From assembly GCA_002104945.1 (NCBI GenBank), contig MCFH01000008.1, positions 868,001 through 932,000 on the forward strand: DNA of 64,000 nt, given 5' to 3'. This DNA is from Piromyces finnis finn (Eukaryota; Fungi; Neocallimastigomycota). Below the pieces are notes generated by a model that saw only the letters and a program-made list of their open reading frames with translations, searched no databases and was not told the origin of the DNA. The position numbers and the translations under genes were made by a program. Of this stretch, positions 45,001-62,871 are shown in pieces (position 1 is the first letter of the stretch; every line of letters begins with the position of its first letter).

Positions 45001-45125
45001 AAAATAAAATAAAATAAAATAAAATAAAATAAAATAAAATAAAATAAAATAAAATAAAATAAAATAAAATAAAATAAAATAAAATAAAATAAAATAAAAT
45101 AAAATAAAATAAAATAAAATAAAAT
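45001..45125. repeat. Perfect (AAAAT)n pentanucleotide microsatellite, about 25 units, between SEC8 and DNAI7
   Basis: Directly visible tandem array. Confidence 0.97.
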
Positions 45126-45137
45126 AAAAATAATAAA

Positions 45138-45145
45138 TCGGAGTT
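45138..45145 (-). promoter_or_regulatory. Candidate cis-element AACTCCGA (TCGGAGTT on the + strand), about 120 nt upstream of the DNAI7 ATG
   Basis: Exact match in otherwise CpG-poor intergenic DNA, next to the (AAAAT)n tract. Confidence 0.45.
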
Positions 45146-45266
45146 AATCTTTAATAAATTCAAAAAACATTAAAATTTAAAATGTGTTGTGTAACATTTC
45201 AATATTTTATTTTTTAAAAATATGTATTTTTTTTAAAAAAAAAAAAAGAGTTAATATTTTAAAATA

Positions 45267-48937
<3,671 letters not shown>

Positions 48938-49113
48938 TTACTTCATTTACTTATATATTAATATCTATTTATTTAAAATAATTTAAAATTTTATATATAC
49001 TAAATCAGAAAATGTAAATGATATTTTATTATTTAACTAACAAAAAATAAATAAATATATATGTAATTAATTTTGTAATGATGATGATATATTTTTATAT
49101 AATAAAGTTTATC

Positions 49114-49121
49114 AACTCCGA
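49114..49121 (+). promoter_or_regulatory. Candidate cis-element AACTCCGA, starting 93 nt upstream of the CCDC148-like ATG
   Basis: Exact match. The extended context TCAACTCCGAA is identical to the ZMYND10 site and lies at nearly the same distance from the ATG. Confidence 0.45.
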
Positions 49122-49206
49122 ATAAATTTGTTAAATTATTTAAATAGAAAATTATTTAAAAAATGAATATAGTAGTTTATTATAATAAACTAATAATAAA
49201 GAAAAT

Positions 49207-51855
49207 ATGGATAGGAATAAAATTCAAATCCAAAATAAATCATTTTCAAAACTTTTTAAAGATATAAAAGAATCATCTTATGATAATTCAAGTTATTATG
49301 ACTGTTATAAAAAATTTTTAAAAAATCAGAAAGATAGTAATAAACTAATTCTTCAAAAGGTTTAATAAATAAAATGATTATGAAATACTTTATTTTCCAT
49401 TAATTCTAACAATTAAATTAATACTATAACAATAGATAAATAAATATGAGAATTTATCTAATGCTAATAAAAGTTTAGATGGATTAAATACTCATAAAAA
49501 GATATGGATAAACTATTTAAAATATAATGATAATTTAAAGTAATTATAAATTATGTTTAATGCATATTTATATTTATGAGTAGTTTTTATATAATAATTT
49601 TAAGATATATAACTTTCTAAATTTTTAAGAAATAAAATAGAAAATGATATTCTAAATATTCTAAAAAAACAAATAATAAATACAACAAATAATGATTTAA
49701 TAGCAATTATTGATAGTTATATTAATGAATTAACTTTGAATAACAATGAATATGAAAAATATAAAAATGGTATTTAATAAATAATATAAAATATATAAGA
49801 AATTTATATAAATTCTAAAAATATTAAATTTTTTAAAAAGGTACCATAACTAATGTTTTGTCAATATCAAAATCAATGAAGTCACAATTTTTTTCTAATA
49901 ATAATATACTAAAAGAAAATATTTCAAAAATAAATGAAAATTTTAAAGAAGAAATTAATTCAGTAATTATAAATATTATTATATATTAATTATTAATATT
50001 AATATTAAATAAATATTTAACATAAAATTATTTAATATCTAGCTAGAAGAAGAAGAAAAGAAACTAAGTTCACAAGTTTCAAGCATATATTATAAATATG
50101 AAAATGATATTAACTTTGGAAATAACAATCCTTGGATATTTGATATTGAAATAGGAAAACCATGCCGTTTTTTAGATTTAACATGTCTTAATGAAGAATT
50201 TAAAAATTTTTGCAATGATAAATATACCAAGTAATGATTATATAAACTCTATTATATTATATATTATTATGAAAAATTTATATTGATTTAAAATGTTAGA
50301 TTTATTACCAATAATATAAACGATATAAATAAAAGTCGTCCAAATAAGAAAATAATACAAGATTTTCAATTACTTGAAAAATTAAATGAAGAATATATGA
50401 AATCATCAAATAAAAGATTTATTTTATTAGAAGAAAGAATTTCAAATGAATTAAATACTAACAAAAGCATAGCTGCTGTATGATATTTAATTTATAATAT
50501 TTTTTTTTTTAAAAATTATTTAAGAATATTAAAAATTTTTATTTTTATATTAATAGAACATGATAGATATATATCATGAGTATTTAAGGAAAAAAAATAA
50601 TTACAAAAGTAATATAAAAGCATTTATAACTCATAGGAATGAAATGATGAATGAAATTATAAATAGTATTAATGTAATATTATTAAAAATAATTATTTAC
50701 GTTTATAAAATATAAATGTTAATAAATTTATTTTTTTAATAATATTAAGAACATCAATAAAGACATAAAAAATAAAAATATTAATAATAAAAGCAGAGAA
50801 AAACAAATAGAATATATTGAAAAATTACATTTAAAGTTAAAAAAATGGAGAGAAGAAAAAATACAAAAACTAAAAGAAGAAGAAAAAATAGAGAGCTTCA
50901 AAAAATTAGAAATTTTAAAAATTAAGGTATAATATATTTAATCAAATAATCTTAAATATATAAAAATTAATATATTATTATATTAAGAAAATTGAAAGCC
51001 AAAAAAAGGAATTAAGGAAATTTAAAAATCAACAACGATTAAATAAATATCATCAAATTATTGAGGAAAGAGAAAGAAAAAGAAAAATGGAAGAAGAATA
51101 TGCTAAAAAACTTGAAGATATAAAACAAAATGAGATATCCAAAGTAATATTTTAAATATTATAAATTAAAGTTTACAAAATTTATTTATTTCTAATATAT
51201 CTATTTTGAAAGTACAATCAAGAAAGAATAGACTTTAGAAGAAATGAATATAAAAATCATCTTTTAGAAAAAAAAAAAAAAAAAGAAGAGGAGAATAAAA
51301 TGAAACAACTACGTGAATTACATTTAGAAAAATTGAGAGCTATGGTTAGAATTTCAGCTGAAATGTAATTTTAATTATTATATTTTAATATTAATATTAT
51401 AATAATATTTATATTCATTTTATATTTTATATATTAAATTATTAAAAAAGAGATCCAGAAAGAGTAAAAAAACCAACTATCTCTTCATTAAAATCAAAAT
51501 CAATACTTGATAAAGTAATATATATACAAATTTTAAAAATTATATATTTTTTCAATATTAAGATTTTATATCTAATTATATTAGGATAGGTTATTTATTA
51601 TTAATGGTTATTTTGATAAACAAATTATGAAAGACAAAAGGTATATTAAATTAATTTTTGGTTATATGAAAATATTATTATATCAAATTTTTATTAAATA
51701 CAATATTGTTATTATTGTTAAATTTTAGAATAAGAGTAACAGAAGCATTGCAAAGAGAGGGATTATTACATAGTGATTATGCAAAATTAGTAATTAGCCA
51801 ATTGACAGAAACATCTAATAAATATAGAAATAAATCGGAAATTCCTTTTAATTAA
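49207..51855 (+). CDS. CCDC148-like coiled-coil protein; highly intron-rich
   Basis: C-terminus EKLRAMVRISAE...DPERVKKPT...LFIINGYFDKQIMKDK|RIRVTEALQREGLLHSDYAKLVISQL resembles CCDC148 (FDPVRMMSDT...[42 protein letters not shown]). The central region is a charged coiled coil. Confidence 0.7.
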
Positions 51856-52191
51856 TATTATACCACATAGTAAATAAAAAAACTATTATTTTACTATTAT
51901 ATTATTGCTATCTTTAATAAAAAAAATGTATATATATATAATTATATATATAAATAAAGCAAACTTTGATTTTATCCAAATTATTTAGGTTTTTTTTTTT
52001 AAAAATCTTATTTTATATTAAATCATTGTTTTAAATTTTGTGAATAAATAAATAACTTTATTTATAAATAAATAAAAATTAATTTTAGCGATTTTTGAAA
52101 ACAGTAATTTAATATTTAATATTTATTTAATTTGTAAATTTGAAATTTAATATTTTAATAAAACATCGAAATTTTATTTTTAATAGAAAGA

Positions 52192-55100
52192 ATGTCTTTT
52201 ATACCATCAGGTCTTCTGAATGATATTAAAAAGTTAGCAAATATAGAAAAGGATGGGCAAGTTGTAGCATATTCTACAAATAATTTAAATAAAAAAAAAA
52301 GAGAGCATAAGCATGAAAAAAAAAATAAAGGATCAAAAAAAGAGTTAGATAAAGATGAAACTGGAGTAAATCAATTTCCATCATTGAATACAAATAATAA
52401 TATAATAGAAAATAAATTATATAATAATTATGAAATAACATCATCAAAAAATAATAATATCAAATCAACAGAAGAAATAAAATTAAATTATAATGACAAT
52501 AATAACCAATTAAATGTACCTTCTAAATATACAGAAAGCAATGATAATGTGAAAAATAAAATAAATACTTCAAATGATAATAAAACTAATACAATAAAAG
52601 AAGATGATTTCTTTAATAATGAATTAAAAAATAATCTTTCACCTTTGAATAAGTCATCACCAATTGGAAAAATAAAAATGAAACAAACTAAATCGCCTAT
52701 TGAAGCACCAGCATTTCAATATCCAATCACTAAAGCAAAAATTTCTCATTTACAAAATAAAAATAGATCCAACAAATTAAGGAAAGAATTGGCATTTTTA
52801 TATGATGTCCAAAATAATGTATCAGAAATTCAAGGAAAACCTAACACTGATAAAAATAAAGAAAATCATTTAAATTCTATTATTAATGATATAATTCCAA
52901 AAATTAATACAATACCTGGTAATAATATAAAGAATAGTTTATATGACGAAGAAATTGATATAGTAACTAAAATTGCTATACCAAAAGATTTAAATTCAAA
53001 AGAACTAAATTTCGTTACAATAAGAGAAAATAACTCTAATGAGGTTAAGAAATTATTTTTATATATATAATTAATATTAAAAATTAAATAAGACTTATAT
53101 TTTATTACTATTATTATTATTATTATTATATTTTTTGTTTTTGTTGTTGATATTATTATTGTCATAAATTCATATATTAAATAGAATTTAAATATATCAT
53201 ACCCATCTTTAAATCCTGTTTCAAGGAAAGAAGTAATATTATTAAAATATGAAATGCTAAAATCACTTGAAAAGAAAGGATTAATTGACCATAATGGAAA
53301 TGATATTTGTTATCCTACTGATATGCACTCATTTTTAAAAATAATAAAAGAAGAGCAACAACTTTATGATATTGTATTTGAAGAATTGATTAGACAAGTT
53401 ACAATTCAAATGAATGAAAGAGGTGAACTATTATCATATTTACGAAAAAGATATTCAAATATGTTTTCTAAAATCCCAGAACACATATTAAATGTTCATA
53501 CAGAGCTTATTGCTCAGCGAAAGATAAGTGAAAGACTCGCATCAGAATTGATGCGATCAAAAGAAGTAATATTAAAGCTAATAAAAGAAATTGATGAAAT
53601 AAAAATTCATGATCAAGAAATTAGTAAACAAGCTGAAAAGGCTCAAAATAAATTATTAAATATACTTACGGAGTCTGATGGTAATGACTTGGTATTAGAG
53701 GAATATCAAAAGTTATATCGCATGCAACGAAATAGATTAGAAGATAATAATAAATTAACGGAGAATGAAAAAAGAACATGGACAAATCTAGCAATTGGTT
53801 TAGCCTTGCGTATTGGTAGAGAACATGGCTTCCCTGAGATTATACAATTGCAAAGCTATTGTAATACTCGTTTACTATCATCAATTCAAATTATATCTTT
53901 TATTAATGATGAGAAAATTAAATCAATAAATGAATTAGATAAAAAAATTGATATATGGAGTCAAGAATTAATAGAATTATCTCATTCTATTATTGAAGAA
54001 GATGATAATAACATTGAGATTCTTACCAAGTTGGCTCATGAAATTACATTGATGCAAAATAATTTTGATATTTCAAATGACACCGAAAATGAAACAGAAT
54101 TTTCAAAAAATATTAATATGTTTGATTATTCTGTATTAATGAAGAGTTTATCAGATTGGATAAATATGACTACATCTGTGTCAACAAGATTCACGAGTGA
54201 TAAAGATATTATTATATCAGAAAAAATTAAGTTATCCAGATCGATTAGTCAAGAATGGTGTGAATACGCATATGTATATTTAAGAAAATTAAAAAAATCA
54301 ACAAATGGAAAAAGATTTGCACCAATAACTGATAAACTAAACATGATAATAAAATTAATTGATGAATGGTATTTAAAATTAGAAGTCAGAGTGACTGGTG
54401 AAGATGGTGTGGCAAGTCAAGTAATTAGCTTACAAAATCAAGTCGAGGATAGGTATATTTTCTATAATCAAAATGTTTATAAAAAAAGAAGAAAAATATA
54501 AAAATATAATACATTGTTTTATATATTAATATTCTTATATTTTGATTTACAATGCAATAATATTAATATAGATTTAATTATTTAAATTCAAAAGGCACAA
54601 TAACAAAACTTTCTCAACAAGATAAACATATATTAAATGATTATTTAAATCAATGGCAATCACAAATTAATAATATACTTTGTAATAATAATATTTATAT
54701 TAAAAATATTATAAATTTTATTTTAGTATTCGATTAACATTAATATATAATAAAATTACTTAATAATATTAGCAAATTTAAGAATATCTTCAAAATCAGA
54801 TATGACTAAAGTTCCAAAAAATATAAATTCATGGCTCTCCAATATTAGAGAAATACTAAATTCAGATTATGAATTCCAAAAAGAAGAAAACGAAAAAATC
54901 AATCAAAATATGCTCTCGTGGATGACGGGAGTGTTAGCTCAAGTTTCCAAGGATTCTCATTCAGCATTAGATGAAAATGAAAAAGAATTATCGCAATTAT
55001 TACAAGAATTATATCTATTCAATTCTTCTCTGAAAGACTGTGACAACTACATAGAAGTTGGGGAAAACAATGATAAGATTAAGAAATTAACTGACATAAT

Positions 55101-55452
55101 TAAGTAATGATTTATATTGTTTTTATTTAAGTAATATGTAATAATATTAGTATATTGATATAAAAATATTTTATTATTTTATTTTAGGAATATAACAGAA
55201 AATTGGGCTAATATAGCGGAAAAATTATTAAAACATGAAAAAGAAGAAAAAGAAAAGTTAAATCAAATTAAAAGAAATGAAAATCTTACTGTAGAAGAAT
55301 TAATTAACAAACCTGATGAATCTTTGAATTTAATTAATTCGATTAATGAATGTTCTAAGGTAGAAAACGAATCTCTATCTATTACAAACCCCGAACTCAA
55401 TATAGATATGGAAAAAATTAATAGCTTAAAGGGTCAAGCAATGCAAGAATAA
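52192..55452 (+). CDS. AXDND1: AXDND1-like protein (axonemal dynein light chain p28 domain within a long coiled-coil protein)
   Basis: YPSLNPVSRKEVILLKYEMLK...EEQQLYDIVFEELIRQVTIQMNERGELLSYLRKRYSNMF, the Ax_dynein_light (p28/DNALI1) signature, embedded in a protein of roughly 900 aa. That length fits AXDND1 rather than the short p28. Confidence 0.78.
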
Positions 55453-55817
55453 TTTAAATTTTGTTTAATTTATTGACTATTATTTTTCTAATTGTAAAAA
55501 ATAAATTAATAAAGATTAACAGTTTTTTAATTACATTATTAAAAGAAATATATTAATTAAAATTAATATATAGAATTAAATATTGGATTAAATATTGAAA
55601 CAAGATAAATATTTGATCTTTTTACAATGCAAAAAAAAATTTTCTATTTTTTCATTTGTTTTTTTTTAAAATAAAAAAATTTCTATCTTTTTATTAGAAT
55701 ATAAACTAAATTTTTATATAATATTTAATATATATTATATGCCTATATACTTATATTTTATTATTTTATTTTTAATATATATATTTAATTAATAATATAT
55801 ATATAATTCTTCTTTAT

Positions 55818-58800
55818 TTATGATTTATTAACTTTATTTCTACAAAATGGACAAGCTTGTTTTTGTAATAATGAAAATTCATATTCAGTTGATTCGAAGA
55901 AATGATTACAAAGCGGACAAACCGTTATAGAAATGTCTGTTAATACTGATTTGTAGAACTTTATAGGTATACATTTTTTGTTCCAATTCTTTATATAAAC
56001 ATCATGCTTATTCATTGATTTTAGAGTTTCCCTATCAACTTCAATTGATTTATATTCTTCCCTATTTTCTCTACCTGCACCTGCAAGAAGTTTTAAAAAT
56101 AAATCGTTTTCTTTATCATTGCCAATTTTCATTTGTTGAACATTTTCATTTGAATCTGCTAAATCCCTTATATAAATATCTTTATTTATCAGTTGTATTG
56201 CCTCTTCTTCCGTAATTCCATCCTTTAATGAAAATTCAACGACAGGTAAATTTTCAAATGAATAAAAAGAATGAATAAATGGCTCAAAGCAATTTGAACA
56301 TTCATTCCCATTTTGATTAAGAAGTGGATTGACAAAAGAGCATTGATAGCATACAGATTTTAACTCTTCTTTATCGTTATTTAATTTTCCTCTAGAAAGT
56401 ACAGTTCCTAGATCTATTGACTCTTTCCATTCATCAGGTATTTTTAATTGCTGCATTTTTTCATAAATAGTTTTTGATAATTGACTAGCACCTAATTGTG
56501 ATGATATTTTAGCTAATGCATATAAAACATATAATTTTGAAATACCATGTGGTAAACTATGCTTATTACCATAATTCAAAATATATCTAGACATACTAAA
56601 CAATGCTTCTGGTAAATGTGGAGTAAATGGTTCATCGATATATCTCTGAATAAAATAATAAACATAGTATATTTCTGATAATTTCTGATATTCATAAAAC
56701 TTTTTTAATGATTTTTTATCAGTATTTGATAATTCATCATACGAAAGATGATCTGGTATATTTTCAAGATGTTCTTGAGATAAAATCCAAATATAATATG
56801 AAGCATCATCAAAACGTTTTTCAATAATAGAATTTATGGTCAATTGTTCTAAAACCTTATAAGCTTCTTCTGGTTTTTTGGCTTTTCTGAAATATTCTTG
56901 CGCTTCAATAAATCTATTATTAATAGAAAGCCAATTAGCATATGGTAAATAAATTTGATGAGCAATATCAGGATGAGTCTCTGCAATATTAAAAGCTTCC
57001 TCCCAATTATGTAATTCAATATGTAAATTAAGAAGATGACCTATATCACCCATTTTAGTTAAAGTTTCCATTGCATAATTTGTTTCATTATTTTTTTTAA
57101 AATAATCAACACATAAGCTTAAAGCCTTTTTCTCTGATTTGTCAATTAAATGAACAACTTCAATTAATTTATCAAATGCTTTATTAGATCCTAAAATATT
57201 TATAGCTCTTATATAATCACCAACTTCAATATATGTAGAAGCTGCAGCTAAATCGTCATTAGTACTTTGTTGCATAATTGCCTTTTTTTTTAATATACTT
57301 TCAATATTAATATTTGCATCATGAGCAATCTTGGTTGCCTCGGTCCATTTATTTAATGAAGTATACATATCAATAGCTCTTTGTGGATCACCACCTTTTA
57401 CAAAATATTGAGAAGCCTTCACAATTTAATGAATTTTCAATAAGATAAAGAAATTTAAAAAAATAAAAAGTAAAATATCAAATTAATATTTATTTTTTAG
57501 TTTAATAGAAATTTTATGCTACTAAATATCACTGTAGATATTATAATAATATAATTAATTTTATATTTTTACCTCTGAGTATTTTCCTTCATATGCAATA
57601 ATTTCACCCATTATTATATATTTATTATATTTTCCTTCTTTTAACATTCTTTCAATAACTTGTATTAATTCTAAATGTTTTAAATCTCTTATTCTAATAT
57701 AAGCTTTTTTAGCAATATCTAGATTTAAATTTAATAATGCTTCATATGCAAATTTTTCACAGTCATCATCTGTCACACCTAATGTTACTATACCATAACC
57801 TTTATCAAATTCTTTTTTCCTTATACAACATTCTAATGACTCCGTTTGAGGAATATGAATTGTTGACATGGAATAAACATGCAAACAAAATACTCTTGTT
57901 CCTTTAAACCCAACAACAAATCCTTGCATTTTTTGCTCATAACTTGGAAAATCATCAACTTTTACATATAGTGAACCATTTCCAGAATAACATAACATAT
58001 CTTCATTTTCCATATTCCATGCCACACTACTAGCGTTAGGTTCTTGATATAATAAAGTATTGTTTCTTAAATCATATACGGAACAAATATATTGTTCATC
58101 AATAACAGCTAATTTGTTTCTTGATAAACTAAGATCAAGACAATGAATTGCAGATTCTAATTTCATTATTTCTATAGGGAAAGTATTATTTAAAAATATT
58201 TTTAGAATTTGGCCATTCTTCAAACCAATTAAAAGGCATTCTTGTTTTTTATGACCACCAATTACTTTAATATATCTAATCAAAGATTCTAAATTCCATT
58301 CCTTTTCTTTTTCACCTGAAAAATTGTACATTTGTAATTTTTTTTCTAAACATAATATAATATGTTCAGATGTAACTACTAATAAATTACAATCTAATTT
58401 CTTTATTATTTTTTCTTTAATTCTATAATGCATATCTGTAGCATCATCATGAAAGAGCTCATAAATTATAATTTTCTCTGGTAGTTGAACAGCTAATCTA
58501 TCACGATACACTGCAATCTTCTTAACATAATCTCTACAGCGTATTCTTGCCCTTTGATTTGTAGAAAGATGTTGTATAACAACATCTGTCATATTATCAC
58601 GATAAGCATAACGATCATGATGAAGGCCATGAACTGTACTAAATACAACTTGATACATTGAAATAGTACCATCATTACAACCTACTGCAACATAATTTTG
58701 GTTTGGGCGAACTTTACAACACCATACCCAACTATTTCTTTCACATAATGTTCCAATATTAATACCATCAGTCGTCCATAATGAAACTTTATTATCTGAA

Positions 58801-59668
58801 CCACCAATAACAACATAGTCTCCATTTGTAAAGTAAGAAATTGAGCATGGATCATAATCTAAAACTCTATCACGACCAACTTGCCTACCGTTTATCTGAA
58901 AAAATGATAATTTCCTTGACCAATCTGTAACTGCTAATATTTGTTGATCATTATGTGGGTTTGGATTCCATGATAATGCCCATATTGGTAATGTACTTCT
59001 TTCAATTCTTATTTTTTCCTCCCCTAATTTATTTCTTATAGATATATGACCATTATACATACCTAGTGCTATATATTGACCATCACTTGTCCATGACGAA
59101 CATAAAATTCTTGATGGAACCTATTTTAAATTATTTTTATTTTTTTGTTTATTTTTATTAAGTTTTTATTAAAAATATATAATATTTTAATTTGAATATT
59201 TTTAATATTATAAATTGGGTATATGTATATATATTACTGATATTAATAAATTTTTATTACCTTATGTTTTATAACAGATTTTTGTTCAGCAGACCAGAGT
59301 CCAAAATCTGACAAGGTACAACTAACAACTTGGCCTGAAACTGGATTAAAAGATAAATGTTGAATTGGGTCATTATGATGATATTTTAATATTCCTTCAT
59401 ATTTATTATTCCATATAATAACATCTTTATCTGCACCACCTGAAGCAAATTGCTTTCCATCTTGAGAATAATCCAAGCAATACACAGTATTTTTATGAGC
59501 TTTCAATGTTTGTATTAAGCTACCTTCATTTGATTCATAAACTAATATTTGATTTCCTACAGCTGCTAATATCTCTGATCCATCTGGAGAAAAAGCAATA
59601 TCATAAATAGGTTGTTGATTTCCTTCATGGTCATTAATAGTATCACTCCAAGATAAAAATGCCCTCAT
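55818..59668 (-). CDS. IFT122: IFT122 (WDR10), intraflagellar transport complex A core subunit; 3 exons
   Basis: WD40 start [61 protein letters not shown]; [25 protein letters not shown]; [22 protein letters not shown]; TPR region; C-terminal CPLCNHFF...CPFCR. Confidence 0.97.
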
Positions 59669-60048
59669 TAAATCAATACTTTAATTAAATATTTTATGTA
59701 TGTAATTAATTTTTTTCAATAAATCTAGATTTATGTTTTTCTCTTTTTTTATAATTTATATAAAATTTATAGACAACCTGCTTATAATTGTATAATTGAA
59801 TATTAGAGTTTTTGTATATTTATTTTATATATCTCTTAAAAATTTAAATAATAATTTTTTTTTATTTATTTAATTATTATTGTTTATGGACAAAAATATT
59901 AATAAGTTTATTGTACAAAAATGTACATTTTCTTTTTTTTTTTTTTTTTTTTTTTTTTGAAAAGTATTATAGTTTAAATAAAATAATTTCTAATATAAAG
60001 TAGTAAATTTTTCAAAGATTTTAAAAAATGGCACATAAATTATGCATA

Positions 60049-60056
60049 TCGGAGTT
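60049..60056 (-). promoter_or_regulatory. Candidate cis-element AACTCCGA, about 380 nt upstream of the IFT122 ATG
   Basis: Exact match (TCGGAGTT on the + strand) in the IFT122 upstream intergenic region. Confidence 0.4.
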
Positions 60057-60385
60057 TAAAAATAATATGAATATTTTCTTTGATATAATGAAATATTTAA
60101 TAAATTTTGGTTACAAAATGTAAAAAGAATTATTTTAAAGGTATTACAAAAACTTAAATTCAAAATGTAACCCACAAAATATAAAAAATAATAATAATAA
60201 TAATAATAACTAATATACATATAAATTCAAATTTATATAATAATTATGAATTAATTATTTTTTATTTATAAAAAGTTAAATTATATTTTAATTTATTTAT
60301 ATATAGTAATTATAACATTGGTATATTTTAATATGTTTATACCAAAGAATTTTAGTAAAACATATTAATGATTTTATATTTTAAT

Positions 60386-62644
60386 TTATTTATAAAACTT
60401 TATGTTTCTTAGAATTTCGTTTGTAGCGGTATCAATATTTTCAGGTTTAATATATTCACTTGAAAAACTAAGTATTAATAGTTATATTTTTAATAAATTG
60501 AGAATAATTTAAATTACAGATATTAAAAAAATAAAATTATAATAATGTTTTATATAATAAAAGGATACAGTATGAAAATTCTATGCATATTTTCTGTCCT
60601 AATAAATATATATATTATATTTATCATATTTGTGTTAAAATTATATATATATTTAATTATATATGTTGATATTAATTATATAGTTATTGTATTTACTTTG
60701 CATAAAACCTATATTGATCTTTAGTGATTGATATTTCATTAACACCTGGAATTTTTATAAGTGAACTATATTATATATTATATATATTATATAATTTAAT
60801 TTTGTAATAAATTAAAATAACTTTGATGTAAAATATGATTTTTATACCATGTTTGATGATAAAAGTTCCAAAATATATTTATAATTTCTCTTTGTTGAAT
60901 TTCTGGACCAGGGCGAAGTTTTGGGAATATTGTATTTCCTGTTTTAATATTTATATATAATAAGGCGAAGACTTCTCTCTTGGCAAATAATCTTAATAAT
61001 ACGGGTGGTTCCTATTATTTATGTTTATTTAAAATTTGTTGATTTGTTTTTTAATCAATTATATTTATAATATATAATATATATAAATACATTTATTATT
61101 AATTTATATATAATTTATAAATATCATTATTATTATTTTTTTTTTTGTGTGTGTATTTATAGTATTAAAAATCCAAATATTTGAAAATGTAAAAACCTCA
61201 ATTGGGATGTCAAGTCTAGATTGAATTAAAGATATTCTAAATTCTTCAACACTTTGCTTAAAAATGCTGAATGGTTTATCTATAAATGATTTAAAAACAA
61301 ATATATAACTTTGCATTTTAACAAAATAGAGATTACACCAATTTTCTTGTAAATAAACTGGAATATATAAAAATTTTTGGGTGCTAATAGGTCTTGCTTT
61401 ATAATATTGTAAAATCTATTAATAACAATATATAGAAAAACATTTGTTAATAATATGATTATTTATAATATAATATAATATTATAAATAATTATAATTAT
61501 AAAATGACCATTCTTGATTCATGTAATGAAAATCTACTATGAAGTATAGATTCCCCTAATATAATAAGTGAAGAATTACTACAAATTCCATCTTGATTTT
61601 CAAATACTGACAATAATTTATCTAATCTTTCTTGAACATTTTCCTCTATTGAAATCTAGCAATTATATTTATACAGTGATGAAATAAAATAATTATATTC
61701 CTTTATTAATTTTTATTCAATATTAATACTAGATCAATTATAATAAATGAAGTTACTATATTAATTTACTTTTTTTATTCCTTTAACAATAATCGTTGGG
61801 CTTAATTCTAGCATTTGATTACACAAAATGTCCTATTTTCATGAATAAATATATATATTTCGCTAATTATTAAATATTGGTGATTATATTTTAGAATATT
61901 AATATGTTAACTTCTATACTAATTTTACCTGTATTCCATTAAAATCAGTAAAGCTATTATTCCATTCTGATGATTTTCCAAAAATAAACTTTTTTATTAT
62001 ATATATATAATAATAGATACAACTTTATTAAAATATTTATTATATATTTTAATAAATGTTTTATTATCGAAATTTATAAAAACCTCGCACAATTCTTCGA
62101 TATCTTTTATAATAGTTTTTAAAACATAACTTCCAATATTTAATGAACTATGAAGAACAAAAAGATACTGTTTTTTATCATTTATATAAAAAAATATATT
62201 GATACTTTTACTCTTTTATACTCTATTCTCTTACTGTAAAAACATTAATTATAATTGCCTTTTATAATAAATATTATTTTATATTACATTTCCAACTTCT
62301 CTAAATAATATTTTACTATCTGATGTTATAACTTCTTTAATATTTTCTTCAAACAACGATTGACAAAAATTTGATGTTGATGATGAAAATCCAAGAAAAA
62401 GACTTATATTGAATAGTCAAATTATAATTATTAATATTGCTATTTTAATATTACTAATCAAATAATCGAATATATATTTGCATACTTTTCATCTAATTTC
62501 TTTCCAGATACTAAAATATATATAATAATAAAATAATATTAAAATAAATAATTATTTTCTATTTTAATTTTTAAAAAATAAATAATTACTATTTTTTGAA
62601 AGTAAAACTTTTCCAGCTTTGTTAATAATATAAAAATTTTCCAT
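60386..62644 (-). CDS. Tri-longin protein of the FUZ/MON1/HPS1 family (Fuzzy-like), about 375 aa over about 12 short exons; mostly missed by the ORF track
   Basis: Spliced translation: MEKFYIINKAGKVLLSKN|ISGKKLDEN|LFLGFSSSTSNFCQSLFEENIKEVITSDSKILFREVGN|YLFVLHSS (longin-1 topology)...ELCE|FIFG...SSLIILGESILHSRF...FLYIPVYLQENWCNLYFV...REVFALLYINIKTGNTIFP...REIINIFWNFYHQT...HRIFIL|FSSEYIKPENIDTATNEILRNIK*. The family assignment comes from motif recall only. Confidence 0.55.
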
Positions 62645-62836
62645 ATTTTTTTTTTTAGAAATAATTTGGAATTTAGTATTTTTTTATTTTTACTTTTATT
62701 ACTTATATGAATTATATATATTTAAATAATCATTAAAAACTCAAAGAATTAATTATTAAAATAATTATTTTTATTAAATATACTATATTAAAATAAAATA
62801 TAAATACACAAAAGAAATTCTGAGTTTAAATATGTT

Positions 62837-62871
<35 letters not shown>

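Noticed and set aside
45181-45200. Possible RFX X-box-like GTTGTGTAAC upstream of DNAI7, and the half-site TAGACAAC upstream of IFT122 (about 59769)
   Set aside because: Too short or too divergent from the 14-bp GTTGCCATGGCAAC consensus to separate from chance in this composition.
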